64,000 nt of DNA from Antedon mediterranea (lineage: Eukaryota; Animalia; Echinodermata): positions 3,152,201-3,216,200 of the forward strand of contig NC_092670.1 in assembly GCF_964355755.1 (NCBI RefSeq). The letters run 5' to 3'. Numbering within the stretch: position 1 is the stretch's first letter; each line of letters starts with the position of its first letter. The notes beneath the pieces were generated by a model that saw nothing but the letters and a program-made list of their open reading frames with translations, searched no databases and had not been told where the DNA came from. Positions 38,716 to 52,840 of the stretch are shown here, piece after piece. A program made the position numbers and the translations under genes.

Positions 38716-41294
38716 CCCCATAAAAAATGAGATCGGGATCCCGATCGGGATGCGGTGGAATCCCACCGGGATCGGCTGATCCCGGTGGGATTAGACGATC
38801 CCACCGGGACGAACTCGGGATTTTTTTTTCGCAATATCGGGATAGACGGGATTTTTGTAAGAATTGCGGGATTTTGTACGCAATATCGGGATCGTGTTTT
38901 TAGACTGCGGGATTTTGTACGCAACAACGGGATTGGCGGGATTTTGTTTATAAAATTACGGGATTTTGTACGCAAGATCGGGATTTTGTACGCAACATCG
39001 GGATTTTGTACGCAACATCGAAATTGGCGGGATTTTGTTTATAAAATTACGGGATTTTGTACGCAAGATCGGGATTTTATACGCAACATCGGGATTGGTG
39101 GGATTTTGTTTATAAAATTACGGGATTTTGTACGCAAGATCGGGATCGACAGGATTGTGTTTGTAGACACGGGATTTTGTACGCAACATCAGGATTGGCG
39201 GGATTTTGTTTGTAAACGTACGGGATTTTGTACGCAACATCGGGATTTTGTACGCAGTATTTTAATTTCATTGGGTAATACAGTAATTTGTAACAGACGG
39301 TAAGTTATTATTTTATTACAGTTAATGTTGTTTTTGCTATGAATTGAGTTATTTTTGTTTTAAATACATGTACTAATGATCAAACCAGCCGTGCATTCCT
39401 TTGTACAATAGTATTAATTCTAAAGACAATTTACTTTATGTACCGCACCTTTTGCTGCGCCGCCACGGCTACTTTGATCGTTATATAGTTAATCACATTA
39501 TTATATCATTATTAACACCTCATCTTCAGTATACTAACAACGAGTTGATTTCTTATCGTATTATTATCATCACACTTACCTTACTATGTTTACGTTTTAC
39601 ACCATACCTTTCGATTAACATGTTTATGACCAAGTTGAGTTGTTTTAATATGTTGAGGGTATTACGCTATTGGTTTACCAGCTGATGAGTGCAATATGCA
39701 CTCCTGCATAGACAATGCATGTTTCGTTTTATGCAGGAGATCCGATCAATAGTTACCTCCAATAACATTAAGGATCGAAACAGCCATGCATCATCAATAG
39801 TAAGCTTTTATTTTAAAAACATTTATGAGGTATTTTCTGAATTGTTTCCAGCAAAGATTAATTATTTATAAAACACATGATGATGATGATGGCTGTCCTG
39901 GGAATAAACCCAGTTTTTTTTAATACTAATTTGTTAAAAATAATGTTTAAACAAATCCTGCAATTGCTAAGAGGTTGCTGTACGTTCACAGCAACCCAAG
40001 TGTCTTGCTGCAATGAATATACCGTCCAATGGCCCGGACGTAGGCCTACGTCTTGAAGTGATTTGAACGTTTAATAATTAATATTGAATACGTTATTAAA
40101 TGAATAAAATGTTGATGTTGTCATTGACTGTTATAGCTTTATTCTAGAATGGTAATTATTATAGTGAAATATGCAGATTACACGGGTATATAGAAATGAA
40201 TTTGCTAACTGGTGCAAAACAATTATCTCGATATTATAATAAAAAGACAAATGAAATGATTTTTGACTTTCGTACCTAATATGAGATTGATCCAATCACT
40301 AAAAGGAGAAAATTATGAGTAGGCCTAATCGTCTTGTATCCGTCATAATAAATGCAACAGGGCGTATTAATTTGTCAAAATGGCAAAAGGAATTTTTTTT
40401 TTTTTGTATTTTTGTACATTGTTTTTTATTTTCCATTTTAATATATATATATATATATGAATGTGTATTAAATGTGTATTTTCTAGTGGAAAAAGAATTA
40501 TTCGAATAAACGCCCCGCTTTGAATAGGGAACCACTCCACTCCTCAATAGAACATCTTGGAATAAACGTACACGGACGTTTATTTATTTAATAATAAATA
40601 CACAATATTTTATTTGTAGTAGAATTCATTTATCTACAATTTACCAAGCATATCTAGGGGTTGATTATACATGTACCATGTTATTACACTATACGCCTGA
40701 AAGTGTCAACATAGAAAGGAATGCTGCAGTCTCCTCGTTCAGTTAATTCACACAGTCACGTGGTCTGGCTTGTTGGACGGCTTTTTGTCGGCATCTCTCT
40801 GTGTAGAGCAGGTACCAAGATCTATATTTAGAAACTGACTCGACTCTTTAGGCGTGGGAAGTTCTAGCGGAAAGTGGTTGTCTTGATAGGCCATCGGGTG
40901 AAAATCCTATCGTTCAATCCCGTTCCAGTCTCATTAGCCTAAAAAAACTCTACATGATAATTATGTTAATAATATTTTAAAAGTAATAACACAAAGTTTC
41001 ACCTAAAAAACGTATCATATAACAAGGAAATCACATTTCAACGTCAGTATTTGAAAATTTTTTTACATTGTGTTGACCCATGACCTTTTCCACACGAAAC
41101 TCTTTTAGCCAAAAAATGTTTTTTTTTCATTGAGGTTTTATTCATTAAATAAAATATTTATTCACAAAAACTACATTGAAGAAGCTCAGTGATATTTAGT
41201 ATATTAATTATAACAGAAAACTTGATAATAAAACAGTATTATCGTAATTTTAGTACAACAATTGTTAACGATTTGGTGAATATGGACGCGTGAC

Positions 41295-44174
41295 ATGAAC
41301 TGTGCACACAACAGCATGGCTTCGATTGATGAAAGCCACGTTTGTGATCTTCAAATAAAATGTTGTTTTCACCATGAAAACATTACTGATAAAACGGCAT
41401 TTCCAATTACGGAAGTTCGATTTTATAAGGTTGTTGCTTGTACCAAGTTATGGGTAAACTTAGATGGTACCTGTAAAGATATTGCTAATAAACTAGTATC
41501 CGAGCTAGATATTCTTAACGCCGTGGTTAGGATTCCGGCACCGGAACTCAACTGCCCACCGTTAGGGAATCCGACACGCTATTGCGCATGGCCAGAGCTC
41601 TGGGAAGTGAATTATAGCTTGCATTAATAGTGCCACACCACACCACACCACGGAGAGTCGGAGTGTTATAGGGATTTACTGTAGCCTAGATAGTCGTTGC
41701 GCGAGCGAGAGAGCGATGGATGAAACTTGGCCTATGCCATACATGAATTAATAATTAAAATACGACTACGCCACGTGTTAAAATAATTATAATGATATTA
41801 ATAAGTATCAGTATCTATCTAAGAATCGTAATGCTGTTTTTAGCGTTGCGACCCTGACTTCCCGAACAGTTTTTTCACATCCACGCGCGCGGTGGCTGCC
41901 GTCAACAAATCAACTTGTGATTGCATATGTTGTTATGTACAGTATAATGCGTTATGAAAAATCATAAAACTAGTCATGTAATTATATAATTCATAATGAT
42001 ATGAAGTTTATATATGAATGAAGCAATTAAACACTTTTTAATTACAAAATAAATACTATAGGCCCACTGGTCACGTCTAACTGGTAGCCCTAGCCTAGAT
42101 TAGTGGATCCCATATTTAATAGTAGGCATCTAGGCTAGTTCGCCGCGTGTGGCGCAGCTATGAAATGATCCATCGCTCTGTTGATAAGTATAGAGTCGCC
42201 GATTACCTCGCTCTGGGCATGCGCAATAGCGTGTCGGATTCCCTAACGCTGGGCAGTTGAGTTCCGGTGCCGGAATCCTAACCACGGCGTATTCTTAATG
42301 CGTCATATGAAGACATAATAACAAAGCATCCATATTTTGGATTTCATCACCATTGTTATCGTAAATACATCAACACAAGAACGATAGAATTGGTAAGTTT
42401 AACACATTCACTAGCCTATGTATCATTTGTAAGAAGGCACAGAAGCAGATTAGAAAAAATTACAAAACCTGCAACCAGAAATTGAGAAAGGCTCTCACAG
42501 ATGATGCAGGTAAGAGCCTTTTAAAACAATTAATACAATTTTTTGTACGTGGTATAGATTATGTACATATATAACTTATTAACCATTTTTTTATGCTGTA
42601 TATTTAAAGGATTCCTAAGAGCAGCTGCTGAAATGAAAAATGACCAAGAAATGTTGAAGGACATACACGGAAAGAGCTGTGCTTGCATTGAAGTGAGGTA
42701 CCATGACTCATGCTACAGGGAATATATAAAAATTGTTCACCGAAAGAAACATATTCATGCAAAGTATGTTTAATTTTATTTATGTTAAGTTATTGTATGT
42801 AAGCCTTATTATTATACATATTATTATTACTGTATATATTAATTTGATATATATCATATACCAACCAAGAGATTTGTCATTATTTGTTCAGGTCTTCAAC
42901 AAAGTCATTTTTTGATGAACATAAAAAAGGCTACAATGTGTTTTGTGAAACAATTATTAAAGAAAGAATGAAAACCGGTCAAAAAATCATCAGATTAAGT
43001 AAACTTCAGAAGTACCTTGACAAGTATATTCAAGAAGAGGAACATATTAATTTGGGATATGTAAGGTACTGTATGCAGTTTGATTAATTTTCTTACCTTA
43101 CAATGGAACATATGCGTAATAATGATATTGTTAATTTAATTTACCTTCACAATAAGTTATAGCTTCTAATGCAATATTTTGTTTTATAACAGGTCAGATT
43201 TACTAAAAGCAAAACTCGAAAAAGATTTTCCAGAGCTTGTATTCCATTTACCAAGTAGAATGTTAGTAATTACAAATTGTAGATATATAGATGGTAACCC
43301 ATAAAAAATTGGAATGCTTTTTTTTTTAACAATTTGAATGTATGTATACTATATTATAATAAAGTAATTATACTTTTTTTGGCATTTTTTAGGAATGAGG
43401 CAACCATGGTTTATTTTGCTGACATATCCACAGGCTCTTTTGCTGAGCAATTTTTGGAATCAGAAGAGAGTACTGACCTGTCATCAGATGCATCTGTTAA
43501 TCCTGATATATCTACCACTACAAATAAAGAGGAAAGATATCATTTGCAAGATGAATCACGAACAATTCACTTAGCAGGTAAACCATATTGTATAATTGTT
43601 TTAGACAACATATGAATTCATTAAAATAATAGCCTATTTAATGGTAACTTTATTTGTCTTTACAGGCCTGATTTTAAAGAATGCAATCAAGACATCAGAG
43701 TCAATGGACTATAAGTGGCCTCCACGAGCAAGTGATATTAACAATGTAGTTATGAGTGACATCATTCCATTCCACCTTTTTAATATCTTGGCAATATGTA
43801 CCAACACAGTACAGGAACACATTGATCCATCGATGGCAAGTGTTCCAGAAGAAATCCGAAATAAACTTGAGGCAATCTGTCAAGACATTGTGTACTTAGC
43901 TTCAAGAGGCAGGCGACAAACACCAAAATCCTTAGCACTTGGTCTTACTGTTAGACATATGACTGGTTCCACGCACCTCTTAGATATGTTAAGTAAATTT
44001 GGACATTGTAGCTCTCCAGACACTATTGTTTCATACGAAACAAGTCTTGCGATGTTTCGATTGTCCACTGCTAATGCTGTTCCGGATGGTTTCAGGCGTG
44101 GGGAACTTGTTACTATGGTTTGGGACAACATTGATTTTAATGAAGAAACCACAAGTGGCCAAGGCACAACATGA
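41295..44174 (+). pseudogene. Multi-exon Academ transposase, N-terminal half; MITE-disrupted and truncated
   Basis: Approximate exons 41295-41518+42299-42392, 42438-42509, 42610-42763, 42892-43065, 43193-43260, 43393-43577 and 43666-44174. Motifs GFHHHCYRKY, EVRYHDSCYREY, TPKSLALGLTVRHMTGSTHLLDMLSKFGHC and WDNIDFNEETTSGQGTT, then a stop. Confidence 0.8.
41519..42289. mobile_element. MULE/Mutator-like MITE
   Basis: ~80-bp TIR CGCCGTGGTTAGGATTCCGGCACCGG with 9-bp TSD TATTCTTAA; removal restores ELDILNASYEDIITKHPYFGFH. Confidence 0.85.
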
Positions 44175-47100
44175 TGAAATGATTTTATTCTATTTTTATA
44201 TTAAGTTGCCATGAGAAAAACCAATTTCAAATCTTTCGTTGATGAACTTATTGACAATAAAGTTATCTTGTATCTTGTAAATCTAAACATTAAAATTTAG
44301 TTGAAATGTGTTGTGGTCTTAATTAAATGGTTTAATTTTCAAAAGTATTGATAGAAATAAAGAAATAATTCAAATGCTTTTAGAATTATATATATAACGT
44401 GTATTTGATGGCAGACACTCGTTTATAATTGTAAATTAAATAAACTACAGTAATTTAACTTATGACGCGACTTGACTTAGCCTGACGCGTTTTACCTTGA
44501 CAGTGACGCGATTAGATTTTAATTGACGCGATCTAACGAGTCGGGACGTAACAACGTACAATTACCACGGTACTCGTCCACGCTTTTTGCCTGTTACTTC
44601 AGCGGGATGTTTTTAATCTTTCGGGCTAGCGATGGTCTTTTATCAAGATAATTGTGCTTATGTGATACGGTATTTTGGTGAAAAAGTTCAAATTATTACT
44701 TAAAACATGTTAATAGATTGATCTATGACAATTTTTTGTATACTAAAGAGGTTGGAGCGAAAAGTGTTTTCTAGTGGCATTTTTTTCTTCACCCGATGGC
44801 CTATGACGACATAGAAAGGAATGCTGCAGTCTCCTCGTTCAGTTCATTGAAAAAGTCACGTGGTCTGGCTTGTTGGACGGCTTTAATTGTCGGCATCTCT
44901 TTGTGTAGACTGTAAAGCAGGTACCAAGATCTATATTTAGAAACTGACTCGACTCTTTAGGCGTAGGAAGTTCTAGCGGAAAGTGGGTGTCTTGACGACA
45001 GCTTTAAGCGTTCATTGTTTTATGGAATGGGATTTCCTAAGTAAAAACCCTTAAATTTACAATTTTGTTTGTATTATTTTGACATAGGCCTAAGATTAGT
45101 ACTCCAGAGTAACAGCATCACACCAGGAGTTAGTAATTAGACACGTTAGTATGGCCTGTAATTAATTATCATAACAAAATAATAATTTTAAGAACGTGCT
45201 TGTGAAAATAGCACGCAGCGCGCGATGGGAACTTGCGTACGCGCGCATCTCTTTCCCGCCTTGATTTAAATTTGTAACCAGACCACAGCAATTCTGGCCG
45301 GCTAGCGATGACGTACAACGCATTCAAACCGTAGGTGTTTTTGATAAATTCATAGATTTATTCGTTGTGATTATTTATTAATTACACCTTATTGTTATAC
45401 CCTATCATAGTGGCTCCTTTAGTTGAAATATAGGGCCTAGAAGCTCATATTTGTGTAGCATATATTGCAAGTCAAAAAAGTACAGTATTTTAGCCTGCCT
45501 CCTCTCCTTCCTCATCATCAGTAGTCTAGCCTACAACCGGCCCCCGGGAACCGGCCCCGCTCCCGTGCGTCGTAGGCCTCCTCCCTCCGCCTATTTGATA
45601 CTAGGCCTTTGATACTAAGCTTTAATAGGTCTATATATTACAGTATTGTTATTTTGGTCTCTCCAGACACAATGGGAAAACTATTTTGTGCATATTAATA
45701 AATGTTTATCGTAGGCCTACACCACCATACTTAATATAATATTATGAATATTGCTTTGTGTAAAATTAAAAAGGACTTGAACTCTGAGTAAACAGGCAGA
45801 TGAGAAGTACTAATAGGCCTAGTAGTAGTAGGCCTATTCCTATCCATATCTATAGCCTAGGCTAGGCCTAATTCGGAAAAATTGAGGATCCGATGAATGA
45901 TGATGAAGAAGGAACAGGCAAGTTAGGTTAGCCTACTACTAGGCTAGACCTATAAATGAATGGGTAAACTAGGCCTATAAATAACACGATCAGAATATTT
46001 ATGATTGTAAAGGGGCAAAATATTTTCTAAGGTAAGTTATACTTAGGCCTATAGGCTATCTATTTAGAATTTGAAGGATTATTGTTTTTAAAAGAAATGT
46101 AATTACTAACTGTAAACGTATAAACGGTAAACAAAAAAACACATACGTATCTGATTAGGCCTATATATAATATATTGCGCTTTTCGTTATATTTGTAGGA
46201 GTCATTGCAAAAACAACATTAGATGAAAAACACTTTTTGAAATTGAAATGGGTTTATCCCAGGACAACCATATCATCACCTTCATTTAATTTGTTTAGAA
46301 AATGTTCGAAAATTACTTTTTAAAAAGTGTTGTTTTACATTAATTACTGAGAATTTATTAATTGGAAATATTATCGATGATGTTATGGCTGTTTCGATCC
46401 TTACAGTTAGGGAGGTGGCTATTGATTGGATCTCCTGCATAAAACGAAACATGCATTGTCTATGCAGGAGTGCATATTGCACTCATCAGCTGGTAAACCA
46501 ATAGCGTAATACCCTCAACATATTAAAGCAACTCAACTCAACTCATGTCATAAACATGTTAATCGAAAGGTATGGTGTAAAACGTAAACATAGTAAGGTA
46601 AGTGTGATGATAATAATACGATAAGAAATCAACTCGTTGTTAGTATTACTAAAGATGAGGTGTTAAATAATGATATAATAATGTAATTAACTATATAACG
46701 ATCAAAGTAGCCGTGGCGGCCCAGCAAAAGGTGTGGTACATAAAGTAAACTGTCTTTAGAATTAATACTGCTGGTACATGTATTTAAAACAAAAATAACT
46801 CAATTCAAAGCAAAAACAACATTAACCCTAATCAAATAATAACTTACCGTCTGTTACAAATTACTGTCTTTCCTATAGCTTAATACCCTCAACAAGTTAA
46901 CAAAACTCAACTTGGTCATCCAATATCGTAAAAACAATGAAAACCTATTCAATAATATAAAAAAACTCCAAAGTGTTGTTTTAACTCGTTATTAAATCAT
47001 AAACAACAAATCGTAAAAGATGGAACACTGATAATAATGCCGGATGAGTATTGCAGAGGGTTTTGAAAATCTCATATTTTTTGGCTATATTGTATTACTA

Positions 47101-49740
47101 TGACATATTATCCTACATCGGCTGATCGGTGTTCAATCATTTACGATATTAATACAAATAATTATTTAGAATAAATAATGGACATTGTTAGTAAAACAAA
47201 AAACTTATCACATATTTTATTCTGAAATAAAAGAAAAAAATATCAGACAACCAAAATGTTGCCAATTACTACCGATAACAATGAATCAGTTTAATCATCA
47301 TTTTAGTGTAAGATTTAAGCACAATATTACCGTAATGAAATTTGTATATTTACTTTTATAACAGATTTCTTTTAATTTCTAGATGTCTTTCCTTCATGGC
47401 GTAAAGAGTTCGGTAGAATCACAGTATTTCAGAACGGGAGTACCGACCAGGATTTTCTATTTATAAGTCTAAATTTTGGCGGGATTAAATGTATTCGGCA
47501 TAGTCGTCTTAAATTTACATCTCGATTTTTTGGCGAAATTTTAATCGGGATAATGCGCAAAAACGAATTTTAACCGGGGTATCGATCGGGGTTCTTGGCG
47601 GGATCCCGATCGATATCCCGGTTAAAAATCCCGTTCGTTTTTGCGCATTATCCCGATTACAATTTCACCGATGATCGACCGAAATTCCCGACCAAAAATC
47701 CCGATTTTTCGTGAATCCCGATAAAAATCACGATGAAAATCCCGATACGGAATGAGTAATCGGGATTCCCAAAAGATCGGGACGTCGTCCGGGACCCCGA
47801 TATTTTCGACCGAAATTCCCGACCAAAAATCCCGATTTTTCGTGAATCCCGATGAAAAATCCCGATACGGGATGGGTAATCGGGATTCACAAAAGATCGG
47901 GACGTCGTCCGGGATCCCGATATTTTCGACCGAAATTCCCGACCAAAAATCCCGATTTTTCGTGAATCCCGATGAAAATCCCGATACGGGATGGGTAATC
48001 GGGAAATCCAAAAAATCGGGACGTCGTTCGAGATCCCGATATTTTCGACCGAAATTCCCGACCAAAAATCCCGATTTTTTGTGAATCCCGATAAAAATCC
48101 CGATATGGATGGGTAATCGGGATTCCCAAAAGATCGGGACGTCAATCGGGATCCCGATATTTTCGACCGAAATTCCCGACCAAAAATTTCGGTCGAAAAT
48201 ATCGGGATCACGGCGAGATCCCGGCGGGATCCCGGATGTTTTTTCTATAGGGATGGACCTATAAATTATAGGTCCTAGTTCAACTTTGTACTAAAAAGTA
48301 TATGTTTGTATGAGGAGTAAAAGTAATGTTACCCAAAAGTTTGCTATCATTTGTTTATTTATGATTTACCGTAGTTCTTGATCAATAAACTCAGTAGTAT
48401 GAACAGTATGCTTTATGCTATCATTCTAAATTAAGAGATTAAGAGTTATGGTATCGAGGTACAACCAATGCATATGAATGATGCGTTCTATCTATTGATA
48501 TTAATTGTATTGTATAATCTAGCAATGTTATATGAACAAATAAAAAGTATGAAATGCCAAAGAATTAAAAAGAATTTATTTAACTGTGTAGTGTACTAAA
48601 AATCAAGTTTTTTATGAGGAGTAAAAAAAAAATGTTCCCCAAAAGCTTGTTCATTTATTGTTTAGTTCTTGATAAACCTTGGTATGACCAGTATGCCTTA
48701 TTAATCAGGCCGCTCTTGTTTAACAAAGTTAAATCATTGTTTCTACCAATCCATATAATACAAAATTTTCCCAAACTACCTGAATTACTGAAAGCTGAAT
48801 GATAATTTTAATTATAGGCTATTTATAGGCTATACAGTTTGATATAGAACATTATTTTTTTGAGTACAAGTTTAGGCTGCAGTATTCAGAATTGTTGTTT
48901 TGAAAATAGCACTAATCGTGTTTCTTATTTTTTTATTTATTCTTCCTCACATCTCAAATGTGCAATAAAAATGTACTGATTTTGTTAACCTTAATTAGGT
49001 TTGACTAATCAATCGGATTTTTTTCAAAGAATGGCCATTATTTCAATTTGTGCATTTTTTGGTGTTGAGGTGTTTTTTGTATAATGTTCTTCGGTTTTTT
49101 TAAAACTCTATAAGGCTTATTTGTGTAAAATGTAAAACAGGTGCCTTTGTTTGGGACTTTAAAATGTTATGTCAATGGCTATAGTTTTCCTAATTACTAG
49201 TAGAGAAATAGCACCAATCAAAATTCCTTGCACAAGCTTTCTTGGACCATGGAGGAAATATATATTTCTTCCATGCTTGTACTCAGCTTTTTTCCTTTTG
49301 TTGTACCATATATTTGTTGAATAGTGTTTGATTACAGTATACTGTTTAGAATTGGTATTGTGGTACAGGAGACATGCATAGTTGGTGATATTGTGTTCTT
49401 TCAACCAGTTAACAAAAGTGTGTAAAATCGTACTATGCTTGAAATCCATTATGGTTATAGTGGGTTTTCCTAATTTCTTCCTTTCAACTCAACTATGAAA
49501 ACAAATAACTTGTATGAAACGCCACAGAACTGTATTGTAGAACTATCCTAATATTGTTTTTTTGTGGAGTCAAAACCCAGTTTTATATCAGAGAGATCTG
49601 TTTTTTAATAAAGTTATATTTGTATAATTATTTTGAATAGAAACCTTTTATTTTCAGTAAATGTATTCTCTATTTTATCATTGATAAAAAAAAAACAATT
49701 GAGTTTTGGTACTATAGAATTGAAAGTAGAATGTAATAGA

Positions 49741-50076
49741 TAACCCATTTGTATGTGAGGTGCAACAGTGACATTATAGATTGACATGATAACCCATTTG
49801 TATGAGAGATGCAGAGTGAGATTAGAGATTGACATGATAACCCATTTGTATGAGAGATGCAGAGTGAGATTAGAGATTGACATGATAACCCATTTGTATG
49901 AGAGATGCAGAGTGAGATTATAGATTGACATGATATCCCATTTGTATGTGAGATGCAGAGTGAGATTAGAGATAGACATGATATCCCATTTGTATGTGAG
50001 ATTCAGAGTGAGATTAGAGATAGACATGATAACCCATCTGTATGAGAGATGCAGAGTGAGATTAGAGATTGACATG
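49741..50076. repeat. 48-bp minisatellite, ~7 copies
   Basis: Unit TAACCCATTTGTATGAGAGATGCAGAGTGAGATTAGAGATTGACATGA. Confidence 0.9.
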
Positions 50077-50240
50077 GTATCCTACAATTCAAGGATCTAC
50101 ATAAAAGAGTTTAATATATAAAAGAGATTTTATAAAATAGGCTAATTTAAATTCTTAATTTAATCACTTAATTATTATCTATTTTAAATGATATAGTGTT
50201 TGTTTGTTCAAATCATTGTTTAAATCAATTTTGTGGGTTT

Positions 50241-50908
50241 TTAGTCGCGTGGAAGCGACTCTATAGTTCACTATGTCGGTCGGTCGGTCTGTCTGTCTGT
50301 CTGTCTGTCTGTCGGTCTGTCTGTCGGTCTGTCTGTCTGTCTGTCTGTCTGTCGGTCCGGTATCACTATGCGTTTTATCGCTTTATGACCTTATCTTGAT
50401 ATCAGTTTAATCTAGCTAAGTCAATTTTTCACAGAATATTCCTTATGGCCAGGAATCGATGTGGTTATGTTTTCACGGTGCGCAATAAAAAATTACGCGG
50501 TCTACGCACGATTTAACGAAATCACGTTTGTAATCATATCTTAACAACCATGAATCACAATTAAATAAAATTTGGTACTCATAAATTTCAGGGCATAAAT
50601 CATCATATGGCAATACAATTACGTGCGTAGCGCATGTAACGCATGCGTAAGCGCGCTTAAAATTTTCAAAATTTATTTTCGATGAAATAAGAGTACGTTT
50701 CAGGCAATTTTAAGCGTTTACAAAATTGCCATGAGTGCGCAGATTTTTGCGCGCGCACTGCGCGTTAAATGTTATTGCGCACTCTTCTGTAATTTCGGTC
50801 AGTATAGTTCACTATGTCGGTCGGTCCGTCTGTCTGTCGGTCTGTCTGTCTGTCGGTCCGGTATCACTATGCATTGTAGCACGCGACTTAATGGCTGTTG
50901 GCCTTGTT
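50241..50908 (+). mobile_element. Second HINE family (DINE-1/pearl-like) with GTCT/GTCG microsatellite
   Basis: 5' TTAGTCGCGTG-GAA-GCGACT; 3' CACGCGACT + small hairpin GGCTGTTGGCC + TTGTT; core block duplicated at ~50262-50371 and ~50803-50872. Confidence 0.75.
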
Positions 50909-52840
50909 ATGTTTACTTTATGGTTTGTAATATTATGTTTCTTCATAAGAGATGTATGCAACATTATTACACAGAGAAAATAAAGGAAGGAAATAATTGA
51001 GCATAATAAACCACCAATAGCTGATTAAGGAAATACCCAGCTTCCTCTATCTATTTTATTTTGAAGAGTGAACAAAGAAAAGAATAAAAAAGCTAACAGA
51101 AAGAGTTTGGGGGTGAGATTTGATAGGCGAGACGGGGTTCTCTAGCCCACTAAGAGTAAAAAAAACTTTAGTAATACACAGGGGTAAAGTATAGTGGGAG
51201 GAATTGAGGTCACCCTTACAAGATTAAAAATGATTATTGTATGAAAATTCTTTTAAACGGCATCAATCTGTGTTCAGTCAGCCAGCCCCAAACGTGATTG
51301 GGGCTGAGATGGATGTAGGTTTTAAAAAAAACATTGTACACAAAACGTTCTAGTGTCTGATGGCAATTTCCGGGCATCTAGCTATTTCTTCAAATTTACA
51401 CACTTTTTAGCACTGATAGACCAGGGTTCTGCCTTTTTTTTTTGCTGTTAATTAGGTCAATGTGTCTAGATATGCAAATTTTCTGTATGTGTAAAGCTAG
51501 CTTCTGTGTGCACAATTATCATTGTACGTGCAATGGTTTAAGAGTGTACATGTAACAGTTTGTCTTTAGTGTCAGGAGAGTGAATGTGTCAATGATTAGT
51601 AGATTAATTGCAACAAATGCTATTTATACACCTTCTGCCTTCATCAAGTATTTACGTAAAGTTATTTTCAACAGCGCCACCAATGATTTGTAATATATAG
51701 TAACTTTGTGTTGTATCTTCTAGTTGTGTTCCCTTTCAATGTTTGTTTATTGTATTTTACATCCTTCTATTCATAGATAAATAAATGTCATAAATCACAT
51801 AAATAGACATAAAGTTGATGAGCAAACCAAGAATTTAAGCATCTGTTAAATTATGAAATATATTGAGGTAAAGATAAGACTTAATGAAGTAAAAACATCA
51901 CTGTTAAATACACATTATTTCAACCAATCGTTATCAATATTGTTGTAAGTCATCATTATGTGTGACTTTTCTTGTGATAGCAAGTGGCCTCAATATTTGA
52001 ATAATATATCTTGTAAATGTACAATCGATATAATATATATATACAATCAGTGTAGTTTTCTCATCTCATCTAAACACCACAGGAATGTTCTTCAGAAATG
52101 TTTTTACAACCGTTTCGTAATAAAACTAATATATAAAGCACAGTAAGTATCAAAATTGTATTTTGGTTGTCAAAAGTCAACATGAATTTTTCAGATGGCC
52201 GCATAGTGGAGGTAATTTACCATACAAAAAATCTAATTTTTAGTAAAAATAAGTGGCCGTGGCCGTTTATGGAGGTTCAACTGTATTTAATTAATAATTA
52301 ATTTTTTATAACTGTAAAACTATCAATTAATTTCTTGGCTTCCATATTCTGCATACAATTATTGTGTTTTTGTTATATAATGATATGTCATACCATGATA
52401 AAACGTAAGCAAAATGTATTCACAATACATAATTTTTTTCACTTTTATTTACAAAAATATATATATATACATGTTTTCTCACAAAATAATCACATACCAA
52501 TGGTGAACCAATTCTCCAAAAATGGTGGGGCATTATATTTCATCGTGGCTCTCTTTATAAAAAAAAAACAGAGCCAACTTCCCTTATAAATAACTTTATA
52601 CAAATAAGTGGACAGATCCCGCCATAAGATAATTCATTACTGAAGTTGATCCAGCATATTCACGAAACCACCACAATTATCCTATTTCAATGGTTAAGCA
52701 GATTTAGCTCCTATTATGGAATGTCCAATGTGAATGGTTTATCAAAATCCTATAAAATCATCCGAGTGCAATGCCTACTATTATTATTGTTGTAAATCAA
52801 GAAAGTCTAAAATAAATTACTTATGTCTTGCAGAAGGATT

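Larger units (their letters stand above)
40887..44803 (+). mobile_element. Academ DNA transposon, internally deleted
   Basis: 16-bp TIR TAGGCCATCGGGTGAA / TTCACCCGATGGCCTA with 3-bp TSD TGA; TAG..CTA termini; Academ-type transposase motifs inside. Confidence 0.85.
40709..44999. repeat. ~185-bp tandem duplication (40709-40886 and 44809-44999) split by the Academ insertion
   Basis: ACATAGAAAGGAATGCTGCAGTCTCC...GTCTTGA occurs twice; the second copy shows the empty site CTTGACGAC. Confidence 0.85.
39280..46867. repeat. Pair of ~620-bp inverted repeats (39280-39911 and 46250-46867)
   Basis: ACAGTAATTTGTAACAGACGG...CCTGGGAATAAACCC is mirrored; ORF MQYALLHRQCMFRFMQEI is called on both strands. Confidence 0.85.
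38716..48252. mobile_element. ~9.5-kb CMC/EnSpm-like non-autonomous element with nested insertions
   Basis: Termini CCCCATAAAAAA / TTTTCTATAGGG. Subterminal CGGGAT-rich arrays at both ends (~38730-39257 with ~20-bp units; ~47570-48240 with ~120-bp units). No matching TSD. Confidence 0.62.

Noticed and set aside
38688-39303. Repetitive ORFs here and at 47622-48211
   Set aside because: Translations of CGGGAT subterminal repeats, open in several frames and on both strands.
40709-44999. LTR retrotransposon suggested by direct repeats
   Set aside because: No TG..CA ends, PBS or gag/pol; the interior is an Academ element with its own TIRs and TSD.
39280-46867. Polinton/Maverick suggested by long inverted repeats
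   Set aside because: No AG-repeat termini, no 6-bp TSD and no polymerase, integrase or capsid ORFs.
49614-50121. 16-aa repeat protein
   Set aside because: Translation of a 48-bp minisatellite without splice or domain support.
52190-52285. Tc1/mariner-like MITE end (GAGGTTCAACTGTA); similar relics near 23975, 40505 and 61690
   Set aside because: Only one end is recognisable in each case, too decayed to delimit.
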